A stretch of DNA of 33,222 bases from positions 62,001-95,222 of the forward strand of contig JAWLHB010000031.1 of NCBI GenBank assembly GCA_041690595.1. Direction: 5' to 3'. Below are positions 11,343-20,339 of the stretch, one piece after another. How positions within the stretch are numbered: position 1 is the stretch's first letter; every line of letters starts with the position of its first letter. The notes under the pieces were generated by a model that worked only from the letters and a program-made list of their open reading frames with translations, was not told the origin of the DNA and did no database searches. The position numbers and the translations under genes were made by a program. The DNA is from Lentisphaeria bacterium. Lineage in GTDB: Bacteria; Verrucomicrobiota; Lentisphaeria; JABSQK01; JAWLHB01.

Positions 11343-14342
11343 TCATTCCGTCGCGATGGTGCTCTCGACGGGTCGGTAGGTCACCTGCAGTTCGGAAAGA
11401 TAGATTTCCGGGTTGGCCACCGGCGCCCATTGGTCAAGATACAGTACCTTCTCCGGCAGAGTCACGACCAGCTTGGTGAAGGTCAGGGGATACGTGACCC
11501 GAGGCTCCTTGCCGAAGCGCCATTGACTGGTCCGGGGCCAGTGATAGCCATCCGCGGTCGCCCCGTAATTGCCGGGAAGCGGGAAGCGCACGAAGCGCCA
11601 GCCCTCGAAATTGATCCGGCTTCGCCCCCACGCATCGTTGCTGTTCCAATCGCTGATGCCGGCGCTGCCCGAGGCCTGCAGCTCCTCGAACTTCTCCTTG
11701 GGCATCCAGTCCGCCATCCAGGGATTCGGTTCGCCCCCCATCTCACTGCCGATGGAGATCCAGCGCTGGCCCGAGCCATCCACCAGCTCGAAGATGATCC
11801 GCCCCCAGCCGCCATTCCCACGCACCCAGAGGCCGATCTCGGTGGGGCGCCCAGGAATCTCGACCGGCTCATTCCGCCGCAGAACGGAGTACATGGGCAG
11901 ATACTCGCTGCCGCCAATCGGCTTGGCACTGACGCCGAAGACCGCCTCGCGACCATCAGCCTGAGCCACCTCCCGCCAGCTGAACTCCCCCTGACGGCGT
12001 AGCTCCATGAAGTTGTAGGTCTCCAGCTCGATACTCCTTTCCGTTTCCTGGCTCCAACCGGCCAACGAGTCCAGCTTGTCGATCAGGAAGGCATCTTCTT
12101 CCGGCTGATCCGCGTGGATCGACTCACCCAGCGAGAGACGACCGATCGGCCGATTGCTCACAAGATAAAGCGGCGTCTCCGAGAGCGTCACCTCCGCCTT
12201 CCCGCGGGTAATGGAAAGCGCCTCCTCCCGTCCATACAGAGAGGTGATGCCGGCGCGGCTGAACATGGGAAACTCCAGTGCCGCCGGCCGCTCCCCACGC
12301 GTGGTCCAGAGGGCGGTAACCACCGCGCCATCCTTGCGCGCGAACTCCAGCGCATACACCACCGGAGATCCCGTTTCGATGGCGCGACGGAAGGTGGCGC
12401 CATCCAGCACCTGCGTCAGCACGGCATAGGCCACATACGAAAGCTTCGGCGAAACATTCGGATAGCCATGGCAGAAACCGCTGGCGCCCCAGTTGCTGTG
12501 GTAGTAGCTGTTGCGCATGTCCGTCAGGGCGCCGACAATCAGCTTCGGCATCCCCCACGAGAGCGAGTGCATGAGGTGCCGCACGAAGTACTCCGCTTGC
12601 GTCGCCTCCTCCAGATTGCCAGGATTGGTGTTCGGATACGTGATCTCGAAGCACTGGTAAAGCTTCGTCTCGTTGTAGCCGTAGTGATCCAGAATCCGCC
12701 GGAACATGAAGATGCCCGCGTTGTTCGCCACAAAATCTGTCGGCTGAGCCTCGGGAGGACGCATGAAGCTGCCGCTTTCATTGCCCGCAACGCGCATCAG
12801 CTCCTTCGGAAATCCCTGACGGCATAGCTCTTCCACCAGGTGGGGTGGGCCATTCCCTACGTAGATCTCCATATTCGGAAAATGCTCGCGCGCCTTCGTC
12901 ATGGTGGCGATTGCTTCCTCACGAAGCGTGTCGAAGCGTTGCTGATCCGCTTCGCTCAGGGCGTAGTTGCCGCCCGAGAAGACGTCCGGAGTACGGGTGA
13001 CGTGCGGGCCGGAGACGGATGTCTCATGAAACATCAGGGCTCGTTCGGGCGCCACGAAACCCGGCTCCTCCTTGCGCTCCATCAGCTTCTCCATCCCCTT
13101 GTTATGAAGATGCGGGTCGAAACAGCTCTCAACGCCATACTCGTCGTTCTTCGCCGCATAGCGCCACCCAGCCTTCTTCGCCAGCGAACCCGTCAGATCG
13201 GGGTCGCTGGGGGTTGTGTGCGTGCCATTGAAATCCCACACCCCGAAAGGGGACTCATGACGATAGCGGCGGCTGTCCGGCGCCAGAACTGCCATCGTCG
13301 TCAGCCGCTGCAGAATGAGCTTCTTGTTCTGGTACAGATTGAAGGCGACCTGGTAATGCCCACGCTTCGTAAGGTCCAACTCGACCGTCTCGAAGCTGGT
13401 CGGTGCCCGATGCCGCGGATGCCAGGGCCGGAATTCATCGAAGGTGAACGTGCGCTCCTCTCCATCATCCCGCCTGGTGACCACTTCCAGGTGATGGATC
13501 TGGTAGTGCAGGAAGTGATTGCGGAAGGTGATGTCAAAGGTCGGCTTCTGTGGCTGATTGAAGACATTGCCCGGCTCGCGGCTCTCCACCTCCATCTGCA
13601 GCGAGGGGCGCTCGAGCGTCATCGCGTAGATGCGTACCCCGCTGGGATCGCCAAGCGGGCGAAGCTGATACCGGTAAGGATCCGGCAGGTTGACGGCCAC
13701 TCCAAGCTCCTTCGTCACGTCAAGATGCATCTCCCAGTAATCCCGGAAATCCTGCGCAAACACGCGGGTGACCGGAATGCGCACCAAGTAAAGATTCCCC
13801 TGCTCGGTTGGAAGTACCTGAACCACGTTACCCTCTCCCGGACGCACCTTCGTGGTCCCGGCGCGGGGGACGACGCCCGTGAAATCGGCGTAGCTCACGC
13901 GGGCATTCTTCCCAAAGCGACCAAAGCGCAGCGTGATCTTTTCCGTCAGCCCCGGATCGTCATCCGTCGCTGCCAGAAGCCAGACCGCCTGGTAATCACT
14001 GACCGGTATGCGGAAGGCCGCGCGCGTGGAGTCATCCTCCGCCGGAAAGTCATCGTACTTGGCCATGTACCCGGGATACTCCTTCGACTCGTCGAACTCC
14101 GCTGACCAGCCGATCGGTTTGAGGAAGAGATGGTTCCGCTCCCCGTTCAGGAGGCGGAAGGGAATCCGCCCCACCTCCACCAGGCTCTCCGACACGGCAA
14201 GCGGAGCATGATCGTTGGCCCGTCCCGCCAGGTCGAGCATCACATAAGCACCTTCCGGGTCGATCGGCTTGGCAGGCGCTTTCCATTCCACCGCGGCCAG
14301 CAGGATCGGAAAAAGAGCAGCGAGCAGAGTCAGTAAACGCAT
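11343..14342 (-). CDS. Large secreted hypothetical protein, probable glycoside hydrolase (clan GH-A-like barrel plus C-terminal CBM-like beta-sandwich)
   Basis: Signal peptide; 'PGNVF', 'SPFG', 'QAEYFVR', 'PKLSYVAYAVL', and 'IGLWVRGNG...INFEGWRFVRFPL'. These are resemblances only. Confidence 0.65.
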   Translation of the reverse strand: MRLLTLLAALFPILLAAVEWKAPAKPIDPEGAYVMLDLAGRANDHAPLAVSESLVEVGRIPFRLLNGERNHLFLKPIGWSAEFDESKEYPGYMAKYDDFPAEDDSTRAAFRIPVSDYQAVWLLAATDDDPGLTEKITLRFGRFGKNARVSYADFTGVVPRAGTTKVRPGEGNVVQVLPTEQGNLYLVRIPVTRVFAQDFRDYWEMHLDVTKELGVAVNLPDPYRYQLRPLGDPSGVRIYAMTLERPSLQMEVESREPGNVFNQPQKPTFDITFRNHFLHYQIHHLEVVTRRDDGEERTFTFDEFRPWHPRHRAPTSFETVELDLTKRGHYQVAFNLYQNKKLILQRLTTMAVLAPDSRRYRHESPFGVWDFNGTHTTPSDPDLTGSLAKKAGWRYAAKNDEYGVESCFDPHLHNKGMEKLMERKEEPGFVAPERALMFHETSVSGPHVTRTPDVFSGGNYALSEADQQRFDTLREEAIATMTKAREHFPNMEIYVGNGPPHLVEELCRQGFPKELMRVAGNESGSFMRPPEAQPTDFVANNAGIFMFRRILDHYGYNETKLYQCFEITYPNTNPGNLEEATQAEYFVRHLMHSLSWGMPKLIVGALTDMRNSYYHSNWGASGFCHGYPNVSPKLSYVAYAVLTQVLDGATFRRAIETGSPVVYALEFARKDGAVVTALWTTRGERPAALEFPMFSRAGITSLYGREEALSITRGKAEVTLSETPLYLVSNRPIGRLSLGESIHADQPEEDAFLIDKLDSLAGWSQETERSIELETYNFMELRRQGEFSWREVAQADGREAVFGVSAKPIGGSEYLPMYSVLRRNEPVEIPGRPTEIGLWVRGNGGWGRIIFELVDGSGQRWISIGSEMGGEPNPWMADWMPKEKFEELQASGSAGISDWNSNDAWGRSRINFEGWRFVRFPLPGNYGATADGYHWPRTSQWRFGKEPRVTYPLTFTKLVVTLPEKVLYLDQWAPVANPEIYLSELQVTYRPVESTIATE

Positions 14343-14359
14343 GAATCACTTCCGTATGT

Positions 14360-15115
14360 TCAGGGGGTGATGGGAACCAGAATTCGCAGATTGTCGATCG
14401 ACATGACCGTGTCGTACGTGTGAAGAGTGAGAACGCGCTCGGCATCCATTTCCAGGAAATCGCTGCCGTCGCGATTGTTACTCCCCGTACGCTCCCAGCC
14501 TTCCAGAACGACCCGCCCGTCCACCCACAGGCGCAGGTGCGGCTTGACGACCTCCACCATCACCCGATGCAGCCGCCCAGCCTCGATGGGTGACCATTCG
14601 GTGCGCGCATAGGGAACATTCAGCCGGTAGAGGACTGTTGCCTGGTTCATGTACTGGGCCAGGATGAACACATACCCTTTGGCGAAGCTTCCTGTCTCCG
14701 CATCGGCGTTGAGACTGATGCCGATATCGCCGATGTGATCCGCCGGGGTCCCCACCCGTGGCTGAAGCATCACGTCGAACTCCACGCGAAAGGCCGGCCA
14801 GATGCAGGTGGCGAAGCCGATGCGACGATTCCTTTCCAACTCCCCGTCGACCGCCCGAAGCATGCCGTCGACGACGCGCCATTCCCCCGAATAGACGTGG
14901 AATTCTTCCGGCAGCCTCCCGTCATCGAAGCGCCACGCCGCCACCTCCCGCCATTCCCCGACCTTGTGATTCCACTCCTGTCGGCTCGCCCGCAGGTAGC
15001 CGGCCTTCGTCTCCTCCCACACGGCGTCACCTTCCGCCCTCAACACCAGCGGCGTCAGCAGCAGCACAACAAAGAGTATAAAAAGCAGCGTACACGCTTG
15101 CCAGGTTCTCTGCAC
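14360..15115 (-). CDS. Secreted hypothetical protein, ConA/DUF1080-like beta-sandwich
   Basis: Start re-called at GTG 15115 after RBS AAAGGAG. Signal peptide follows; 'GEWRVVDGML', 'FRVEFDV', 'LRLWVDGRVV', 'IDNLRI'. Confidence 0.65.
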   Translation of the reverse strand: MQRTWQACTLLFILFVVLLLTPLVLRAEGDAVWEETKAGYLRASRQEWNHKVGEWREVAAWRFDDGRLPEEFHVYSGEWRVVDGMLRAVDGELERNRRIGFATCIWPAFRVEFDVMLQPRVGTPADHIGDIGISLNADAETGSFAKGYVFILAQYMNQATVLYRLNVPYARTEWSPIEAGRLHRVMVEVVKPHLRLWVDGRVVLEGWERTGSNNRDGSDFLEMDAERVLTLHTYDTVMSIDNLRILVPITP

Positions 15116-15227
15116 GACAGCATCTCCTTTAATTTTATATCCCGAAAGACTGTAACCGCCCCAAGCCCAATGTCCAGTTGCAGGTCGCAGCTCCTCCCTT
15201 AATTGGCTCGGTCTCGGTCCAGAGCTC

Positions 15228-15332
15228 GGTCGCCCGTCGTGAGGCGCTTTTCGAGCGGCGACCAGGGCCGTTGCCAACGGCCCCTGCCATTTTGCCCCGT
15301 CAGATCCGCCTGACCGATCCGCCCGATCCGCT
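15228..15332. repeat. REP-like hairpins plus GATCCGCC short tandem repeat
   Basis: GGTCGCC...GGCGACC (15228-15263); perfect IR GGGCCGTTG-C-CAACGGCCC (15265-15283); GATCCGC three times (15303-15332). Confidence 0.6.
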
Positions 15333-15493
15333 TTCGGGCTCTTGCCCCAGACACAGGTACACTGTAGCTCCCTCACTCGACTTCCTCGACGTTCTCTCCA
15401 TTCTTCCCCCCCACGTGATCGCCTCTCTCCCCGGATGCTCTTCCGAATCAGCGTCATGGCTTGTCATCGCCGGGGGGTGCGCTACGTTTGTCG

Positions 15494-16090
15494 ATGACTG
15501 AAGAACCACATGCCGAAGGAGCGGAGACGATGCGTCCAGATCATGTCGTTTTCCTGGAAACTCTCCAGCGGAAGTTCGGGGAGCCTACCGTGATTCGCCC
15601 AATGGAAAGTCCGCGCTCCGGAGAGCCGCCGGTTTTTTCCTTCATCTACCATGATACGCCGGAAGCAGGCATGATCACCGGCGTGACCTACGGGCTGAGC
15701 CTGGCGGAGCATCCGAACTGGACGGAGGCGCGGCGCGAGCTGGTGATCTGCGTCGAGTCGGATGACGAGACGTGGCCGCTGGCGGTGGCCTATTTCGCGG
15801 CGGCCTTTCGGGGGGAGCAGGAGTTCGAGTATGGTAGTCTCTTCACTCTGGACGGGCCTATCGCGGATGGTTCGGAGATGACCGCCTTCTTCATCTACGC
15901 GCCCTCGATCCTGAATGCGGATCAGTGCATGATAGAGTTGAGCACCATGCGTATCGAGCTGGCCGGCCTCTATCCGCTCTATCCGGGCGAGGTTCCCTTG
16001 TTCAGGGAGATCGGCGCGGAGGCTTTTTTTCAACTGGATGGCTTTGACATGTACGATGTGCGGCGGCGGGATCTCTCTCGCGAGACTTGA
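15494..16090 (+). CDS. Suppressor-of-fused (SUFU) domain protein
   Basis: 'ITGVTYGLS', 'RRELVICV', 'LYPLYPGE...IGAEAF', 'DVRRRD'. Start is 15494 (leaderless) or 15530 (RBS GGAG). Confidence 0.8.
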   Translation: MTEEPHAEGAETMRPDHVVFLETLQRKFGEPTVIRPMESPRSGEPPVFSFIYHDTPEAGMITGVTYGLSLAEHPNWTEARRELVICVESDDETWPLAVAYFAAAFRGEQEFEYGSLFTLDGPIADGSEMTAFFIYAPSILNADQCMIELSTMRIELAGLYPLYPGEVPLFREIGAEAFFQLDGFDMYDVRRRDLSRET

Positions 16091-16126
16091 TGGTAGCTTT
16101 ACGAACGTCGAAATGGAGGGAGCAGC

Positions 16127-17236
16127 ATGAGCGAGCAGATACAGACGGTGGAAGACTCGGCGGCAGACCAGCTCTGGCTGGAGCCGCGCGTGCAGGCGCT
16201 GCAAACGGTGCGACTCGGGCCGTATGCACGCTTGATGGACGGGACAATCGTCGGCGTTCAGGACGGCCTCGAAGCTGCCCTCAGCGAGGATGACGGGGTG
16301 ACATGGTCGCGGATTCCCATGTTCTCCCGTGAGGCGCAGGTGGAGGTGAGCCGCGAGCGCGCTCTTATCGTCACCCGTAAAAATACTCTGGTCCTTGCCT
16401 TCATGAACCTGCTCGACCGCGTCTGGACCTGGGATTCCGAGACGTCGGACATCACCACGGAAACCCGCTTGCCCACCTGCGTCATGCGAAGCGTCGATGG
16501 CGGGCGCACCTGGCAGGATTTTCAGCTTCTCCACTCGGAATGGACCGGCGCCATCCGCAACATGATCCAGACCCACGACGGGACGCTCGTCTTCACCTCC
16601 ATGATGATGCTCGCCCATCCGGGACGCCACTCCGTCGTCACCTATCGCTCGACGGACGACGGCCTCACATGGCAGCGGAGCAACATCATCGATCTGGGCG
16701 GCATCGGTCATCATGGCGGGGTGACCGAAGCAACGGTGGAGCAACTCCGCGACGGCCGCTTGTGGCTGCTCCTGCGGACAAACTGGGGCCGCTTCTGGGA
16801 GGCGTTCTCCGAGGATGACGGCGCTTCGTGGCGAGTGATTCGCCCATCGACCATTGCCGCGAGCAGCGCCCCAGGCCTCTTGAAGCGCCTGGCCAGTGGA
16901 CAACTCATGCTACTCTGGAACCGGCTCTACCCCGAGGGGCGCACGGCGTACGCGCTGACGGGCGGAGACAACCAGTGGTCGGAAGTGCCTTGCAGCAACC
17001 ATCGCGAAGAACTCTCCGTCGCCTTCTCAACTAACGACGGGGCAACTTGGACCCGGCCGGTGACGATTGCCCGGCAAAGCGGTGCCTGGCTCTCCTACCC
17101 CTACGCCTTCGAAGTACACCCGGGCGAGCTCTGGATCACGACGATGCAGGGAGATGTACGGGTGAAGCTGCGGGAAGAGGCATTTGCCAACGAGCCCGAA
17201 GTCTCCGACCTGAGGTGCGCCCATGAAGGAGGGTGA
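16127..17236 (+). CDS. BNR/Asp-box beta-propeller protein (sialidase-like)
   Basis: Five Asp boxes: SEDDGVTW, SVDGGRTW, STDDGLTW, SEDDGASW, STNDGATW. Also 'TEATVEQLRDG...LLR' and 'SYP'. RBS GGAGG. Confidence 0.9.
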   Translation: MSEQIQTVEDSAADQLWLEPRVQALQTVRLGPYARLMDGTIVGVQDGLEAALSEDDGVTWSRIPMFSREAQVEVSRERALIVTRKNTLVLAFMNLLDRVWTWDSETSDITTETRLPTCVMRSVDGGRTWQDFQLLHSEWTGAIRNMIQTHDGTLVFTSMMMLAHPGRHSVVTYRSTDDGLTWQRSNIIDLGGIGHHGGVTEATVEQLRDGRLWLLLRTNWGRFWEAFSEDDGASWRVIRPSTIAASSAPGLLKRLASGQLMLLWNRLYPEGRTAYALTGGDNQWSEVPCSNHREELSVAFSTNDGATWTRPVTIARQSGAWLSYPYAFEVHPGELWITTMQGDVRVKLREEAFANEPEVSDLRCAHEGG

Positions 17237-18944
17237 CGAGTCGGCGCATCCCCCCTTCCGACCGCGCTGGCTTCGCTGGCTCGTACTGGCCATTGTCGCG
17301 GCGGCATTCAGCCAGGTAACCTTGCGTCACTGGGCCTTGCGGCTGACAGGCGTGCGAACCGGAAAGATCACCTCGGCCTCGGCGGCGGCTGACGGCGGTC
17401 TGCGACTGGTCGATCCGCTGGCCGTCTTTGCCGAGAAAGAGCTGATCGGAACTCGGCTCTGGATCGACGACGAGGCCATGCGGGTGATCTACAATACGGC
17501 GACGGAGATCATCGTCGAGGGTGAACCGGCGCGGCTGGAGAGCCTTCTGGAAAACGGCAGGGAGATCCCGTACATCGCTGGGGTAAACGAGATTGGCTGG
17601 CTGGCCCGATTGGCGCTGAAGGTGCCAGGCGTAGGTTTCACTCTGGCGGATCTGCTGCTTGGGATGACGACAGCGGCCATGCTGCTTTACCTGGTGCTGG
17701 CGCGGGAGCGGCCCGTATGGCGGTCACCCCCGTGGTCGATCTGGATTTTTCTGCTCGTATGCCTCCTCTCGCTCTTCGCCTGGATGCATCTTTTTTCCCC
17801 ACGTGAACTCTCCCCGGATCGCGGGGCCGGTCTGCGGGAGATGGTGCAGGCGATCGAAGTGCTGCTGGTTGCTTTCCTCCTCTTTCGCGAAGCCTTGCGC
17901 GAACCCCGCCTCCGCCGTCAGGCGATGCTGGTGGTGACAACCGGAGCTGCCGTGCTGGTGCTGGGAGCGCTGTGGGAGTATTGGCGGATTCTGGGCGGAC
18001 ATACGCTGCGGGGGATGGCGGACATCGGCGAGTTGGACTCGATCCTCGGCTTCCGCTTCAACCCCGGGCGAAGCGGCGCGGCGGGGAGCGAGTCGAGCAA
18101 GAATGCGCTGGCGGCTTACCTCGTGGTGCTGGTGCCGTTGTTGCTGGCTTTGGCGCGGCTCCCGCGTCAGCCGGTCTGGCGGCTTCTGCTGGTCGTGCTG
18201 GCGCTCCTGGGCTTTCTCTGCATTCTCCACCCGCTGCTGCTGATCTGCGCCCTGGCAGGCTGCGTCGCGGTGGCGATCGGCTGGGGAAGCCGCCGCGGAG
18301 TGGGCCTTGTGCTGGCAGGCGCCCTGGCCGTGCAGACGGTGGCCGTACTTGTCTCACCGCACCATGGCAAGATACTGATGGACTCGGTGGCTTTGTCGCG
18401 ATACGCGGATACCTACGGACTGCTGCCAATGCCGATGAAGGGCAAGGATGCCGATACGGCACCCGTCTGGATGCACCATCAGCAGAAGTACGTGGAGCTG
18501 CAGGCCGCGCTCAATGCCGTCAGCATCTCCCCCTTGTTCGGCCATGGCCTCGGTAATTACCAGGAGCGGATCAACAGCTTCTACGGCCAGTCGCGGCTGA
18601 TGCCGCTTCTGGTGAGCAAGCCGGCGGTGAACTTCATGGAACAGGATGCCCACGGGCAGTACGTGGTGCTGGCAGTGGAGACCGGGCTGGTCGGCCTCCT
18701 GGCGCTGGTCGGGCTTCTGGCCACCTTCCTGCTGCGCGCGCTCGAGCTTCGACGCCAAGCGGTGAATGCCTGGGATCGGCAGGTCCTGCTCGGAATCGCC
18801 GGAAGCCTGGTGGCCCTGCTGCTGGCCGGCTGGTTCGCGCCGTGGCTGATGCGCGGGCTGCAATTCCTCGTGGTCCTGCAGCTCGCCTACGTGGCCGCAT
18901 GCGAGCTGCAGCCCGCTCCCGAAGAGACCCCGGCGCCAATCTGA
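17223..18944 (+). CDS. O-antigen ligase (Wzy_C)-family membrane protein
   Basis: Many transmembrane helices; 'SPLFGHGLGNY' and 'DAHGQYVVLAVETGLVG'. Confidence 0.8.
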   Translation: MKEGDESAHPPFRPRWLRWLVLAIVAAAFSQVTLRHWALRLTGVRTGKITSASAAADGGLRLVDPLAVFAEKELIGTRLWIDDEAMRVIYNTATEIIVEGEPARLESLLENGREIPYIAGVNEIGWLARLALKVPGVGFTLADLLLGMTTAAMLLYLVLARERPVWRSPPWSIWIFLLVCLLSLFAWMHLFSPRELSPDRGAGLREMVQAIEVLLVAFLLFREALREPRLRRQAMLVVTTGAAVLVLGALWEYWRILGGHTLRGMADIGELDSILGFRFNPGRSGAAGSESSKNALAAYLVVLVPLLLALARLPRQPVWRLLLVVLALLGFLCILHPLLLICALAGCVAVAIGWGSRRGVGLVLAGALAVQTVAVLVSPHHGKILMDSVALSRYADTYGLLPMPMKGKDADTAPVWMHHQQKYVELQAALNAVSISPLFGHGLGNYQERINSFYGQSRLMPLLVSKPAVNFMEQDAHGQYVVLAVETGLVGLLALVGLLATFLLRALELRRQAVNAWDRQVLLGIAGSLVALLLAGWFAPWLMRGLQFLVVLQLAYVAACELQPAPEETPAPI

Positions 18945-18984
18945 GACTCGCCGCATACCGATCGGCGCATTGCCCGAAGATGAC

Positions 18985-19021
18985 GGAGATCCGTCCGATC
19001 CGTCCGATGCCGGTCTCCTTT
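18985..19021. repeat. GATCCGTCC tandem repeat inside an imperfect hairpin between convergent genes (possible terminator)
   Basis: GGAGATCCG...CGGTCTCC arms followed by TTT; GATCCGTCC twice plus GATGCCG at 18988-19012. Confidence 0.5.
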
Positions 19022-19036
19022 CGCCACGGCCCATGC

Positions 19037-20326
19037 TCAAAGCTGCCGATGGACCCAGCGGCCGGCGCGAATCGTCCCCACCACCTTGCCGGTAACCTGC
19101 CGGCGGTGGAAGGGTGAGTTGAGCGAACGCGAACGGCTCCGCAGGATGTCGATCGCGTAGCTCCGATCCAGGTCGAGGATGGCGAGGTCCGCGGCGCGGC
19201 CGAAAGTAAGAGTCCCAGCGTCTCTGTGGATGATGCGCGCTGGATTGCAGGTGAGCTTGGCGATGAGCTCCGAGAGGCCGAGGATGCCCGTGTGATAGAG
19301 GGCTGTCAGCGACAGCGGCAGGGCGGTTTCAAGCCCGATGATCCCGAAGGGCGCCTGCTGGATGCCGCGTGCCTTTTCATGCGGGGCGTGCGGTGCATGG
19401 TCCGTGGCGATCGTCTCGATCGTGCCATCGGCGAGCGCCTCCCAGAGCGCCTCCCGATCGTCACGCGTGCCGAGCGGAGGATTCATCTTGCTGTTGGTCC
19501 CGAGCATCGGCACTTCATCGACGGTCAGGGTGAGATGATGCGGGGAAGCCTCCGCGCTGACGGCAAGCCCCTCCCGCCGCGCCGCGCGAAGAAGCTCGAC
19601 CGACTGCCGGTAGCTGAGGTGCTGAAGGTGAAAATGCGCCCCCGTCTCTCGCGCCAGCTCCACGTTGCGTCGAACGATATTGCTCTCCGTCTCACCGGGC
19701 ATCCCCGGAAGCTGGAGACGCTCGGCGACCGCCCCGCCCCGCAGAACGCCCTGCTGCATGCACCCTTCGTCCTCGCAATGGTCGAGAATCGGCAGCTTGG
19801 CGGCGGCGGCAAGTTTCCCCGCCCGCAGCATCAGCTCCCGATCCTGTACGCAGTTGCCATCGTCACTGAAGGCGACGATCTGACCGCTCGCCGCCAGCCC
19901 AGGCAGATCGCTCAACTCGACCCCGGCTCGATCGACCGTCAGGCACGCGCTGATGAGGCAGGTGACGCTGGCCTTCGCCGCGATGCCGCGCTGAAGCTCC
20001 TCGATCCGCTCCAGACGATCCATGGCCGGATTCGTATTGGGCATGAGGACCACCGTCGTGAAGCCACCGGCAGCCGCGGCGGCGGTGCCGCTCGCGAGGT
20101 CCTCCTTGTACTCGAAGCCAGGCTCACGGAAATGCACGTGCAGATCGACCAGCCCAGGCACGATCGTCGACCCTTTCAGGTTGTAGACCGAAGACTTTGT
20201 CGGGTGCAGCCGGATGCCGGCAGGGTCGGCAAAACGGCCGTCGACGATCCCGATGTCGCGCACCTCGTCAATCTGGTTGGCGGGGTCGACGACTCGCGCG
20301 TTGCGAAGGATCATGGATTCGGACAT
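19037..20326 (-). CDS. pyrC: Dihydroorotase (type I)
   Basis: All metal/catalytic motifs are present: DLHVHFREPG, MPNT, FSDDG, HCED, HLQHLS, KMNPPL, ATDHAPH. Start re-called at 20326 after AGAGAGG. Confidence 0.93.
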   Translation of the reverse strand: MSESMILRNARVVDPANQIDEVRDIGIVDGRFADPAGIRLHPTKSSVYNLKGSTIVPGLVDLHVHFREPGFEYKEDLASGTAAAAAGGFTTVVLMPNTNPAMDRLERIEELQRGIAAKASVTCLISACLTVDRAGVELSDLPGLAASGQIVAFSDDGNCVQDRELMLRAGKLAAAAKLPILDHCEDEGCMQQGVLRGGAVAERLQLPGMPGETESNIVRRNVELARETGAHFHLQHLSYRQSVELLRAARREGLAVSAEASPHHLTLTVDEVPMLGTNSKMNPPLGTRDDREALWEALADGTIETIATDHAPHAPHEKARGIQQAPFGIIGLETALPLSLTALYHTGILGLSELIAKLTCNPARIIHRDAGTLTFGRAADLAILDLDRSYAIDILRSRSRSLNSPFHRRQVTGKVVGTIRAGRWVHRQL

Positions 20327-20339
20327 CGGCATACCTCTC

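Noticed and set aside
15116..15457. N-terminal extension of the 365-aa ORF
   Set aside because: Runs through intergenic repeats; the SD and signal peptide indicate a start at 15115.
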